A DNA stretch of 64,000 nucleotides, from the NCBI GenBank assembly GCA_950097015.1, contig CATNEN010000001.1, forward strand, positions 8,246,001 through 8,310,000, read 5' to 3'. The notes under the pieces are model-generated. The model searched no databases and was not told the DNA's origin. It saw nothing but the letters and a program-made list of their open reading frames with translations. A program made the translations under genes and the position numbers. Below, in pieces: positions 48,517 through 61,851 of this stretch (position 1 is its first letter; every line of letters starts with the position of its first letter). This DNA comes from Macrostomum hystrix. Its lineage: Eukaryota > Animalia > Platyhelminthes.

Positions 48517-49922
48517 ATGGAGCCACAAGCCAAGAAGACCAAAGTCGGCGTCTCTGCTCTACTGCCCGGCCTAATGGACGCTCCGGTCGTTGGCCTGGTG
48601 ACGCGACTGACAAAAATCAAGGACTATGAGAACAAGAGAGGACCGGGCCAAGTTTTCTCCTTCATCCTGAGTGATGACACGGGAGACATTCGAGTGAGCG
48701 TTTTTGGCAAGGACCTGAAGCCATTGCTGGATATGTGCCAAGCGGTCGAGACTGTCCGCGTATCAGGAGGTTGGATCAAAAAGGCGAATCCAAGGTACAA
48801 CAGTACGGACATCGATTACGAGATGAATGTGTCCGTTGACCAAAGTGGCACCATTATGAGCACCCACGAGACGGTCAGTCGGCGTGCTCGGGACTACAAG
48901 AAAATATGTGATATTTCGGGCATCGAAATGAAAACGTGAGTAGTATAAAGTGTTAGCATGTCAATGCCTCTGTTTCCCTGTAGGGAGTTTTTCCCTCGGA
49001 GTAAAGATCTGGCACGTTTTAGTGGTTTCTGGGTGAGAAAGATACGCTCGTACAAGCAAACACCATTCGCGTAGTCATTTATTTTTTTACAATTCCACCC
49101 AAATTTGCACTACACAATACAGGAAAGTTGATGTTCGTGGCATCATTTCTGCTGTCGAAAAACCACGAGAAGTTAAAACAGGTGCCGGAAAGCTTGTCGA
49201 CTTGGCAAAAGTGACACTCGTCGATCAATCTGGGTCGTCAGTGTCCTGCACATTTTGGGCCAGCTCTTCCGCTCAGGTAAACAACTGGTCCGTGGGCGAC
49301 ATTCTGGCGATTCAGGGTTCGCAAGTCCAGGAATACGCCCAAATGATTAGTCTTGGCTGTTCGCAAGCGGAAGTGCAGCATTGGCCAGAGAACTCTGACG
49401 AAGTCTCTGAACTGACTGAGTGGTACAGAGGGGCCACAGGTAGTCAGCAGCGTTTCGAAGCACTGCGAGCGACACAGAGTGCTCCACACGAGCAGCAGGC
49501 ATCACGGGATGACGAAATGGAACTGCGGTACCCAGAGCGAATGTGCGCCCAGGTCGAGGGCTTGCGAAGAATTCGAGTGCGAGTCGGGAACAAAGAGGTG
49601 AGTTTCTGTCGAAAAATTGATTTTTCCATCTTGATTAGGAGATGCGCAAATATTTTCCTTCTGGACTCTTAAATATGCATGCTGGGTCTAAAAAAGTGCA
49701 CTTACGTGTGGCATTCCTCGTAGGGCTTTCAATTTTCGCGGCCACTTAGTCATTGAATGACTTCTAATTTGTATCTTATTTACACACAATTTTATTTCGC
49801 AGATGACATTCTCGCGAGACTGTCACAGCTGGAGCCAGCAGGTCCCCACCGGGTCTACACCTATGGCGCAGTATATGGGCGACATCTCAGGCCAGTCGCG
49901 GATGTCGACAGATGAGTATTAA
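48517..49922 (+). CDS. RPA70-like tandem OB-fold protein, copy 2, 337 aa (exons 48517-48935, 49123-49597, 49803-49922)
   Basis: Paralog of 22561 with the same intron phases and the same 475-bp exon 2; introns not visibly alignable. Confidence 0.88.
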
Positions 49923-50023
49923 TGAGCTTTGACCTGTGGCACATTGACCATGCGACTGTCCGCTTCTGAGTCACGACGAGAGGGAATTGAAGCATTGATT
50001 TGCTTACTGCTGCTTGCCCACTG

Positions 50024-50135
50024 ACAGCTGTACACGGCGCTCTCGCGGCCCAGAGATGCTGTCAACGTTCGCGTCCGGATTTCCGGTAACAAGACGCGTA
50101 ACATTGTGTACCCAGAGGTTCTTGCTGGAGATTTG
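50024..50135 (+). pseudogene. remnant of a second Helitron helicase C-terminus
   Basis: Reads QLYTALSRPRDAVNVRVRISGNKTRNIVYPEVLAGD, paralogous to the RepHel end at 45099-45209. Confidence 0.85.
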
Positions 50136-50759
50136 AATGACCAGCTGCAGCTGACTCGCTGGAACCTGGAATACCCTTGATTTCACCAGCAGGAAATTTG
50201 AGACCCGTGAAATAAGTGCAAGCAATATAGTGATTAAAGAGCAAAAGTTAGTCCAAATTTGGTGATACATTTGCACATTGCATATAAAATTGTCAGTGGG
50301 AAAATCCTGAGCTTTATAGCTATTATATTATTTATATATGCAAGTAGAGTTTTATTTTCGATACTTTTCGAGCGACAAAATTTCTCCTGCTGGTGTAAAT
50401 ATAAGGATGAGTCTAAGGCAAGCCCGACATTTTTTAAAGGAATTATCAATTTTTTGCACGCATTCATAATCCCGCCATAATTTTGCTCTCGAGACTTTTT
50501 CAGATAGCTTTTTTCTCAGTGCTAATATTTGCGATTAATTTTTAAAATCAATTATTAATTATAGTTCTGACTTTTTTCTGCGTTTAACTTTTATTTTATT
50601 TCATTATGCCCTCTTTTGTACTTTATGGGTACCACATTTCCATTAAGGGTCAAACTTTTTTTGGCTACTCGTAGATCCGGTTCTTCACATCTATTAGTTA
50701 ATTTGACCCATCCTACAATTTCTAGCTAATCACTCAGATACTTTGCATACGTGGCTAGA

Positions 50760-50985
50760 ATCTAGCATGTCTCCCAGCTAGCCCTCCTACTTATCATATT
50801 ATCTAATATTCTACTTAATCTCCTAGCTAATCTCCTAGCTAATCTCCTAGCTAATTTCATAGCTAATCTCCCAGCTAATCTCCTAGCTAATCTCATAGCT
50901 AATCTCATAGCTAATCTCCAAGCAAATCTCCTAGCTAATCTCCCAGCTAATCTCCTAGCTAATCTCATAGCTAATCTCCAAGCAA
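50760..50985 (+). repeat. 12-bp minisatellite (ctaatctcctag)
   Basis: Directly visible. Confidence 0.85.
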
Positions 50986-52679
50986 ATCGACGATGACAAC
51001 GAATTCGTTGCTCCGCATGCATTTCAATGCTTTATCTACTGTCTTTGACGGACATATTTTTCACACGTCCGCGATCTGTCATCAACGAAGCCTGAACTGG
51101 ATGGGAGCAGTGGTGTGTCTATCATTGCTTTGCGTATTTTCATCGGCATACTTTTCTCTCAAGAAGTTTTTCATTCAATTCCAATGTAGAATGCTTTTCA
51201 TTTTTTCTCAACTATATTTATGATGCTTTCTGCGCATTTTTCTACTTGGTGACTTTGCCTTGGAATCTTAGCAGCAAGCATTTCCCACGATTTCGTACTC
51301 TATATTATAGGAGTCTGCTTGAAATGTCTGACAGTCATCTCAGGGACGAAATTCGTTAATGAATTTTCTAAAGGCTCCTGATTTCTGATTTGCTTGCTGC
51401 TGCATCAGGGAAGGGCCTCCCTCTCGGTTAACAAAAACCCCTGATGAAGAGAAGCCAAGGCAAAAAAGAAGCAGACAGTTTGCATTGCGTACCAAGAAAT
51501 GATATGAATTCCATCTGATTATGCACAGTGCGCCGCAATCCGCTTGAATACGAGCTAGAGTTTTCGAATAATTAGTCAATCTTGACAAAACATTGCCAAG
51601 ACAAACAAAGACAAAAGACAAAGACAAAACAGACTTTGACCTGTGGCACATTGACCATGCGACTGTCCGCTTCTGAGTCACGACGAGAGGGAATTGAAAA
51701 GAAGTTAGTGAAAGCTATCAATGTCAAAAGGCCTGGCTTTCGCACTAATTAAATTTTTTATGTCCGAATTATACTGCTAGCTGAAGTCCGCTTTGCGTTA
51801 ATTGCAGAGTTGTAAAATGTCGGAGATTCTACAGATAGTAACGTACTACGTCTGACGTCTTATTCTTTTTTACTTAATTTATGTAGTAACTTTATTCAAT
51901 TACTTACTAAAGGCAGTCTCATGTATTGCCACACGTGTCACGTGTAACCACAGAGAAGTCGGACATTAGAATGCGATTGCTCTGACTGTACAATACGAGA
52001 AACAACTATTGCTGATTAATAATAATAATAATAAGGGTTGGCAGTATTCGAACAGGGTTGGCAGTATTGGTAGTTGGCAGTTGGCATGGCACACATGTCA
52101 ACATGAAGTCGCATTTGAAAGTCAAATCAGGCCGCTCATGGTTTCATGGTGAATTTTGCTGTATGCTGGGGCGTACATAATTTCAAATGCTAAAATGTAC
52201 ACTCTACTTATGGACAGTACTATCGTGCAAATAACGCTTTTAATGTACACGAATCGGATCTCCGAATTGAGATTTTGAAATCTGAGCATTTTGAATGCGC
52301 CTCTTGCTTATTTTTGCTGCTGACTTTCGCAAATTTATGCAAAATTTAACTCTCCATTTATGAACTGCCTACCGGCCACTCGAACTAAATATTTTACTAT
52401 AACAATACTTCAACGAATTTCTGGCTCATCAGAAAAATAACAATATTTGGCAGTTCACCTTTTGTATACAAAATTGCAGGGCATCAATTTGCGACGGGGC
52501 CTTCGTCTTCCAGTTGATTCACTGATGCGAAATAGATCCGAACTGAACTGACTTCTGTAAAAGGCGAAGGCCCTGAATGTTCTTGTTTGTCTTGCTTCTT
52601 TTGAAGGCCTGAATATTACGGTCTTTGAATAGTTGCATAGTTCTTTGTGTTTGTTTAGTTATTGTAAAGGTGTGGTTGC

Positions 52680-53185
52680 AAACAGTCTATGGTTGATGCT
52701 GCAAGGTGTCCATTGTTGATGCTGCAAGGTGTCTATGGCTTATGCTGCAAGGTGTCTATTGTTGATGTTGCCAGCTGTCTATGGTTTATGCTGCAAGGTG
52801 TCTGGCTGATGATGCAAGGTGTATATGGCTGATGATGCAAGGTGTCTATTGTTGATGCTACAAGGTGTCTATTGTCGATGTTGCAAGGTGTCTATGGTTG
52901 CTGTTGAAAGGTGTCTATTGTTGATGTTGCCAGCTGTCTATGGGTGATGTTGCAAGGTGTCTATGGTTGATACTGCAAGGTGTCTATGGTTGATGCTGCA
53001 GGGTGTCTATGGTTGATGCTGCAAGGTGTCTATGGTTGATGCTGCAGGGTGTCTATGGTTGATGCTGCAGGGTGTCTATGGCTGATGATGCAAGGGGTCT
53101 ATGGCTGATGTTGCCAGCTGTCTATGGGTGATGTTGCAAGGTGTCTATGGTTGATGTTGCAAGATGTCTGTGGGTGATGTTGCTA
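52680..53185 (+). repeat. 23-bp minisatellite (ggtgtctatggttgatgctgcaa)
   Basis: Directly visible. Confidence 0.9.
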
Positions 53186-53770
53186 GGTTTGGTGTAGTTC
53201 GAAATCTGTCTGTGTCCCGCGAAGCGGGTGGACCTGCTATTGTCTGCCGTCTTACATATGGCATGATTGTCTACGGTGTGATATATAGTCATGCATTGCC
53301 TATTAGCCTATGGTTGAGATAGTTGGTGAGGAGGAGGACATTAATTTGTTGAATCATTTAGTCCGCTCCAATCCATTTGCGTTGCAATGGACACGACTAT
53401 CATGTAATCACTTCCTTTTACAGTAATCTGATCTCGGAACATTATAAAAGATTTGTACTTTTTAATTTACGAGTCTTGCTTTTTTTAGAGTAACACCCGG
53501 TGGTACGGTTTGGGCCAACGGTCATTTGTTAAGATCAGAAATGAAAGTAGGAAAACGAAATCTTTTTTAGTTGTCCACAGGACACAGCGGTCCCTTTTCT
53601 TGCATGAATTCCGGCAGTACAGAATGAATGTAATTATTTCAAACGCTGCTCATAAAACTCTTTTAAAATTCCCTTTGACGAAAACAGATCAGCAGGATAA
53701 GAAAGGTCGTTAGAGGACGTAGGTTATGATGAAGCACAGGTTATAAGCATAGCACTGAGCGGCTGACTAT

Positions 53771-54573
53771 TCAAATGTCGATGAGCATATCATCTTGCGG
53801 CTCTGCGGCTTTGTCCTCGGAGGAGCGGCTGCGTCTTTGGCTGCGAGTTGGTTGGCTTTTCGGCAAAGACGGGCAATCGACGGCAAAGTGGCCCCGTCGC
53901 AGGCAGAAGCGACACAGTCCCACTGAAATGAGTAAAACGGTGGACATGTTGTACAAAATTACGACTTCGTGTGCTAGAATAGAGCTTCAAATGCTATAAT
54001 TATCAATAGATATAGATTTCTAACAGTGATTTAAATAAATCATTAAATGGCCATTATATGTACATGTTGGCCCATGTGTGTTATGAAAATACGCATATTT
54101 GAATGATCCTTACTGAAATGAACCTCGTACTATGCAAACCTTCTTCATCATTCTACAGCCACGTAAAACATTGGCAGCAATCATGATAATGCAAATTACG
54201 CTCACTGTGTAAGACTTACAAGCCCTCATTTCATTCCGAACACGTCGGATCCGCGCAATCCGGTGTCGTAGATCGATTGTCACTATTTTTTTCCGCGGCA
54301 GTGTCGGTGCGCGTGGCGGTGGCGGTCGTGGCGGTGGCGGCGGTGGCGGTGGTGGCGGTGGCGGTGGTGGCGGTGGCGGTGGCGCCGTGTATAGGGAAGG
54401 TTCAGAGGCGTAGGTGGTATAGTAGGGGGTCGGCGACTGAGTGTAGTAAGGTTGGGGGTGGTAGTAGTAGGGGGTGGGAACAGGGTGAAGAGCCAGAGGT
54501 GGTGGAAAATTATAAAGTGGGGGGGTAGATAAAGCGGAGGGTAAAAAGGAGGAAATTGATACTGGTAGCTCAT
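53771..54573 (-). CDS. two-exon Pro/Tyr-rich, polyPro, CCHC zinc-knuckle protein (exons 54573-54220, 53922-53771; needs +1 nt in the G7 run at 54519-54525)
   Basis: MSYQYQFPPFYPP...PPPP...RIARIRRVRNEMRA spliced (phase 1) to LGLCRFCLRRGHFAVDCPSLP (CX2CX4HX4C). Confidence 0.55.
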
Positions 54574-55774
54574 ATGTAGACAAAAATAAAGAAAGAAACA
54601 GGAAACAAGAAACAAAAAACAAAATCTAAAATCTAACTGATAATATGAGCAAAAATGTGAGGCAAATTCTTGGAGAATGAGTGAGTAAGTGTGATTGCGA
54701 AGATTGCGAGTGGACTGCGGTGAGTGGGTACGGAAAGTGAGGTAGAGTGTGGGGTGGTACGCGTGCCATATTATAATTGTCAAAAATCATTCATTTATAA
54801 TCCCGGCTTGCCCTGCAGCTCACGGTCAAACCGAAACCATGCAGTCCCAGTCCACAATTGGTCGAAAGATTGCCATTGGTATTTGAGGTTGGTCGCCTTA
54901 GTACCGCCTTGATTGGCTGAGTCAGAGTATAACAACCCCATACAGTGTACGTAAAGTGCAGTCACACGTAGGAGGGTGAGATGAACAATAAATGTCTTAT
55001 ATCGTAATCATCCTTGCATTCAACTCCGCTCTGCCAATCAGAGTCAGCCATGGATGCTTTAGGGGTGCATGTGTGGAGCTAAGACACCACACTACGTCTT
55101 GAATTGTTTCCCAGCCAAACCAGATAATGGCTGGTGTGGATGGACAACGGAGAGGGAGGCACTGAGAAAGGTTGACAGAGGAATGCTATATGTATAATGG
55201 GTGTGGTTATAAACATTTATGGGTTGTGGTTGCAAACTTCCTATGAGTGTGGTTGCAAGCCGTCTGTGTGTGTGGTTGTAAACTGTCTATTGATGTGGTT
55301 GCAAACCGTCTGTGGGTGTGGTTCCAAGCTGTTCGACTGTTTGAACTGTGTTTTGAGTATTCAGAGTTGGCTTTGACTATTTGAACTCTGTAATCTTGTA
55401 CTCTTGCCTCCAGTGATCGCCAGATTTGGCCAGTTTGCCAAAAGTAGCTCTCACTCGGGGTTGTTGATGCAGTACTTTCTCTGTGCGATAGCTACATGTA
55501 ATGGTGATATTACACGACTGCCCTACCTCAACCGATCTAATTTCTGATACCTGGGCCCAATTTTATGAAGCACTGGTTACAGGTAATTTACCAGCGAACC
55601 AGTGGTTTTTTCGTAGCTCAATTTTACCAAGCACGAATTTTACGAAGCACCAATTTCCGCTTAATCAATGCACTTTTTCAGCATAAGGCATGGAGAATAC
55701 TTTCACAAAAAACCACCCGGGCTGTAAAACTACAACGCAATTAGAAATGAAGTCAACTTTAGATATTAAAAAAA

Positions 55775-56025
55775 GAGAGTGGACAGGTAGAGAGAGTGAC
55801 AGATGGACAGAGTGACAGATGGAGAGAGTGACAGATGGAGAGAGTGACAGATGGAGAGTGACGGATGGAGAGAGTGACAGATGGAGAGAGTGACAGATGG
55901 AGAGAGTGACAGATGGAGAGAGTGACAGATGAAAAGAGTGACAGATGGAGAGAGTGACAGATGGAGAGAGTGACAGATGGAGAGAGTGACAGATGGAGAG
56001 AGTGACAGATGGAGAGAGTGACGTT
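55775..56025 (+). repeat. 14/16-bp minisatellite (gagagtgacagatgga)
   Basis: Directly visible. Confidence 0.9.
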
Positions 56026-56891
56026 GGAGAGGATCAATTAATTCAATGCGTTCAATTTCTCACGAACAATTCGTATATAAATAAAGCGTAAAATGTAAGT
56101 CAGGAAGACAACACAATTATCCATCACTACCATTGTCAATTGTCCTTCATGCAATGCACTCATTTCATTTTTATTTTGTCAGTTGCCTTCCATGAACACG
56201 ATAAGATTACACAGTATCCAAAATTTAATAATGGAAACAAGCATTACTGAGCAATTTATCCACCCACCGAGCAATTATTCGCCATACAGGGGAGCAAGGG
56301 TTAGAGAGTAGGGTTAGAAAAATTCGCCTTGCAAATAAAAAAATAATATCCGTTATGAACTTTTTTAACATTACCCTGAGCTGGTTATGGCCCCCTTCCT
56401 GCAGCTCGTAAGAGGCTGCTTAGCGATTTGGAAATGACACGTAAGCAATTTAGATTTGCTTATTTTCACACTTTACTCCAATTCGATACAGTAGATAATA
56501 AGGTATGTAGTAGGGTAAAGGAGACAAAAAATGTCAATTTCTCAATTTGTGGCTAATTCTCATATGCTAATTCTTAATACTCGTACTTGGTAATTGTCAA
56601 TTGTTCAGGTTCATATCTACCATAGAGCAGCCTGCGAGCCGCCAGTCGTCGAGTCGCTTCGCCTGAAAGTGTGTTATCGTGCTGAGTCTTTATTCTACTG
56701 ATTTTTGCTGCAGTACAATTTATCACTGACAATGGAAAAATTACTCACTGTGAGCTTGCAGCTTGTGTGCTGCCTTCAATGAGTATGATGGTCTGCATAT
56801 GAATGGTGTATATGGCGGTTATAGAATTTTATGGTATTATAAATGCTCAATTCAAATTTGCACCAGGGTAAAGTAGCGAATAGTCCCCTAC

Positions 56892-57345
56892 CTCCCAGCT
56901 GCCCTGTCTTATGCGCACGCGCTTGACGGAGCTGGGAACATCCAATACAAGTTATTCAGCGGAGACGGAGCCTCTACGACAGTCGCTTGGAGGGACTAGC
57001 GAACGAATTGACTCAAGCGGCGCTTGGCTGGACTTGTGGTCTTCGTACCAAGCACGAGCGGGTCCAGCTTCTGGTAGGTCCGGATCGAGTTGGCAGTACA
57101 CGGCACTACAGTTAAGCGAAAACGATCCGTAGTCGGACGTTTTCGCTCCTTTGATGACCAGAGCGCTTCCGACTGTCCACGCTACAACTTTGTCGGCGCT
57201 AGGGCCCATGAAGGTGCACTTGACAGACTTATTCGAGTGGTCGCCAACGATCAGCGATGATTTTGTGCACCCTCCGTATCTTGTGGCAATTTGCTCTGGG
57301 CCTTCTTTTGAAATGATAACGCCGAACACATCGATGATCATGACG
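56892..57345 (-). pseudogene. third, divergent RPA70-like OB-fold exon with an in-frame stop
   Basis: IDVFGVI...IVGDHSNKSVKCTF...LDPDLPEAGPARAWY; reading past the TAA at 56952 gives VKRVRIRQGSWE|gt, matching RRIRVRxGxKE|gt of the other copies, with the same exon phases. Confidence 0.75.
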
Positions 57346-59727
57346 CTGTTATTGAGATGGATAGTTTGATGAGAAAAGGAACAGTTGGTCTTTTGTATAT
57401 AAAGGATAAAAGGTTTTAAAGTACTCTCATCTCAAATTGTGTTTGCCCAAATCTGTGGCGTTTGCCCAAAGTTCATGAAAAGTTAGTAATTAGTTAGTAA
57501 CGAATTTATTCCGCTATTTAATTTATTCATTAATCATATTAACTTACTGAATGGTCGGTTGAGATCCGAGTTATTAGCAAACAGTTAGCAATAGAAATGT
57601 CAGTTTTGCCTATCTCCACTATGTATTAATTATAACGAGTCGTAAAGACAGAATGTTTACAGAAGACAAGGACCCGCGGGAAATTTGACACCGACCCCAA
57701 AAGGCCTATATAAGCAAGAGCGCTGGGCTCTTTTCCACTCCACAGTCGTTCGACCGCCCGCGCAGCTCCCGAGCAAAGTACGCGTAATTTAATCGAGGCA
57801 AGACAGATGAAATAGGAACTAGACAGGGAGTTTACGCCTTCACAATTGACTGAAGGGGAGTTACGCCCCGCAGTTAATAAGTTTAGCTTAATTGATCAAT
57901 GTGCAAACCTACTTTATCATTTATGCATACATGTGCTTCTATGTGCCATTTTGGCCTTTGTGTGTTTCACAAATCCTTTTTATTGACTTGTGTTTCACCT
58001 TCATTTTAAATTAATCATCGAATCTTAGGGAACATAGAGTAAGTATGGTGCAAGCAACACAGCATAATATGTTTTTTATTTGTGTTGACATCTCTTTTAC
58101 CATGACTGTATAATTAATTACCAATATTAATAATCATAATCCTTAAACCCTCAAACAGTTAGGTACGTACTTGGGTGCTGTTATCAGTAATAAGCACCAG
58201 ACCGGCTCGGTGCTAAGAAAAGAGGTCAGATGAGAAATAGGAGCTGATGAGAACTGGAATCATTAAGAAAAAGAAGGGAGATTAGAAATTGATCCATTGA
58301 TATTTAATTAGCCATTGATATTAGCTATCCATTATGAACTATCAAAATGGGATCTAATTTGAAATAGACTTTTATGTAAAATGGGATTTGATTCAAAATA
58401 AGATTTGACAATGTGAATGAGGCATATAAGAAAATAAAAGTCTGCTGAGGAGTGTGACTAGAAAAGAGAGGGGGAATTTAGTATGATAAATATATATCAT
58501 ATATCATAGCTATATAAAGCCAGTGTTAGCTTTATTAAAAGCGTCAAACCAAAGGTCGAAGGATGTAGCTTCAGTTGCTTTTGCAAAGTCCATTCACAAT
58601 GAGATAGCTGCATTGAACTGACTCTTTAAGTCATTAGTATAATAAGAGGGGCCTCATTCAAGGGCAATAGTTGCAATGCTGAGCTACTTATTGTTCGGAA
58701 CATTGCAGTCGCAGTTACTACGATGAGCAGGGCTTAGAAATTCACTTACAAATGAAGAAAGTCAAAAATTTGTCTGGATGTCTATAAAACTGTAGTACAC
58801 ATAAGCAATACAAGCAACAAGAAAATCAGAATAAAGCAAGTCATTTCTCAGATAGTCGGAATTTCTTGGAATAAAATTTAATTTCCTTTTCAGTAACAAC
58901 GAAAAAAGTGCTCTAAACAATTTTATGTATGAAATTAGTAAGATCATTTTATCAAAAACGTTGACATAAAAAAGCTCTAAACGAAAAAACCGTAAAAAAA
59001 ATAAGTTTTGTTTTACCTAAACTACGTTATTAGCGATCTCCAAAAAAATTCCTATTTTAAATAGAGAACATTATCGTAGTATTTTTACTTTTGAGTACTG
59101 AATATGGCTCCCCGAAGGGGGGCAAAACTTGCTAGTCTAATATACTAAAAATGAACTGTTTATTTACTTACTTGGTTGTAATTGATTTTCTCCCGAACGG
59201 CTCAACCGATTTTCACCATTTCTTCACCAAAATATGCGAAATATGGGCAGAATTTTACACGTATTTTTATTAAGCTTAACTCCATTGCTAAGGGGATTAA
59301 ATATTCGAAAAACATGATTTTTTAAAGGTCAAACCATCTTGGCCTATTGAGAATTTTACTCACTGCCACTGAATTAGAATTGCATCGTCAAATTGCGCAA
59401 CAACCCCTAGCTGATTGAATTTGAAGCCTGCACTCTGGAGACAAATTGGAAATAAATGTACACAACCAACCGTGAGACTGAGTGTACTCTATTTTCTCAC
59501 TTCATTGTACAAAGCCAGAACTTTGATAATTCATTTTATAAGGCTGATTTTTGCACCCACTAACCAACAGTCGGAATAGCCGATGTGTAGGCACTAGGAA
59601 TAGGTTATAGGCTAGGCTAGGGTTCGATTCTGCACTGCGTCAAATCATTTAAACTAATTTTCAGCCAGTAGTGATTGAAGATTATTTTGATTTATTTTTT
59701 TCATTTCGTAAATAAATTATCATAAAT

Positions 59728-61672
59728 CATAGCAAATCTGAGTTTGAATCATTGCAACAATAGAGTCTAAATCATGGCAAAACCAGAGTCTGAATCATGG
59801 CTACACCAGCGTTTGAATCATGGCTAAACCAGAGTCTGAATCATGGCTACACCAGAGTTTGAATCATGGCTACACCAGCGTTTGAATCATGGCTAAACCA
59901 GAGTCTGAATCATGGCTACACCAGAGTTTGAATCATGGCTAAACCAGAGTCTGAATCATGGCTACACCAGAGTTTGAATCATGGCTAAACCAGAGTCTGA
60001 ATCATGGCTAAACCAGAGTTTGAATCATGGCTAAACCAGAGTCTGAATCATGGCTAAACCAGAGTCTGAATCATGGCTACACCAGAGTTTGAATCATGGC
60101 TAAACCAGAGTCTGAATCATGGCTAAACCAGAGTTTGAATCATGGCTAAACCAGAGCTTGAATCATGGCTGAACCAGCGTCTGAATCATGGCTAAACCAG
60201 AGCTTGAATCATGGCTAAACCAGAGTTTGAATCATGGCTAAACCAGAGTTTGAATCATGGCTAAACCAGAGTCTGAATCTGAATCATGGCTAAACCAGCG
60301 TCTGAATCATGGCTAAACCAGAGTCTGAATCATGGCAAAACCAGAGTCTGAATCATGGCTAAACCAGAGTTTGAATCATGGCTAAACCAGGGTCTGAATC
60401 ATGGCTAAACCAGAGTTTGAATCATGGCTAAACCAGGGTCTGAATCATGGCTAAACCAGAGTCTGAATCATGGCTAAACCAGGGTCTGAATCATGGCTAA
60501 ACCAGAGTTTGCATCATGGCTAAACCAGAGTCTGAATCATGGCTAAACCAGAGTCTGAATCATGGCTAAACCAGAGTTTGAATCATGGCTAAACCAGGGT
60601 CTGAATCATGGCTAAACCAGAGTCTGAATCATGGCTAAACCAGGGTCTGAATCATGGCTAAACCAGAGTTTGCATCATGGCTAAACCAGAGTCTGAATCA
60701 TGGCTAAACCAGAGTCTGAATCATGGCTAAACCAGAGTTTGAATCATGGCTAAACCAGAGTCTGAATCATGGCTAAACCAGAGTCTGAATCATGGCAAAA
60801 ATAGAGCTTGAATCATGGCTAAACCAGCGTCTGAATCATGGCTAAACCAGAGCTTGAATCATGGCTAAACCAGAGTTTGAATCATGGCTAAACCAGAGTC
60901 TGAATCATGGCTAAACCAGAGTCTGAATCATGGCTAAACCAGAGTCTGAATCATGGCAAAACCAGAGTCTGAATCATGGCTAAACCAGAGTTTGAATCAT
61001 GGCTAAACCAGGGTCTGAATCATGGCTAAAACAGAGTTTAAATCATGGCAAAACCAGAGTCTGAATCATGGCTAAACCAGAGTTTGAATCATGGCTAAAC
61101 CAGGGTCTGAATCATGGCTAAACCAGAGTCTGAATCATGGCTAAACCAGAGTCTGAATCATGGCTAAACCAGAGTCTGAATCATGGCAAAACCAGAGTCT
61201 GAATCATGGCTAAAACAGAGTTTAAATCATAGCTAAACCAGCGTCTGAATCATGGCTAAACCAGAGTTTGAATCATGGCTAAACCAGAGTTAAAATCATG
61301 GCTAAACCAGAGTTAAAATCATGGCTAAACCAGAGTCTGAATCATGGCTAAACCAGAGTCTGAATCATGGCTAAACCAGAGTCCGAATCATGGCTAAACC
61401 AGAGTTTGAATCATGGCTAAACCAGGGTCTGAATCATGGCTAAACCAGAGTCTGAATCATGGCTAAACCAGAGTTTGAATCATGGCTAAACCAGAGTCTG
61501 AATCATGGCTAAACCAGAGTCTGAATCATGGCTAAACCAGAGTCTGAATCATGGCTAAACCAGAGTTTGAATCATGGCTAAACCAGAGTCTGAATCATGG
61601 CTAAACCAGAGTCTGAATCATGGCTAAACCAGAGTCTGAATCGTAGCCAACTAGAGTTTGAATCATGGCAAA
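59728..61672 (+). repeat. 23-bp satellite array, ~84 copies
   Basis: Expanded form of the left-arm minisatellite. Confidence 0.97.
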
Positions 61673-61851
61673 ATTTTTCTTTTGTCATTGAATTGAATTT
61701 TGAGTTTGTTATCTCATAACGTCATAATGATATATATTTGTATGATAAATATTTTGCCTAATAATCATTTAATTGTTGTTCTTCTCAATTTTCTACAAAA
61801 GAAGCTAATATAAAAATTAACTGGGCATCATCATCAATAAGGAGTCCTCAT

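Larger units (their letters stand above)
37404..59135 (+). mobile_element. Helitron array unit 3 (~21.7 kb, RepHel-bearing)
   Basis: 5' TC at 37404; RepHel gene; 3' hairpin 59107-59123 and CTAG 59132-59135. Confidence 0.9.
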
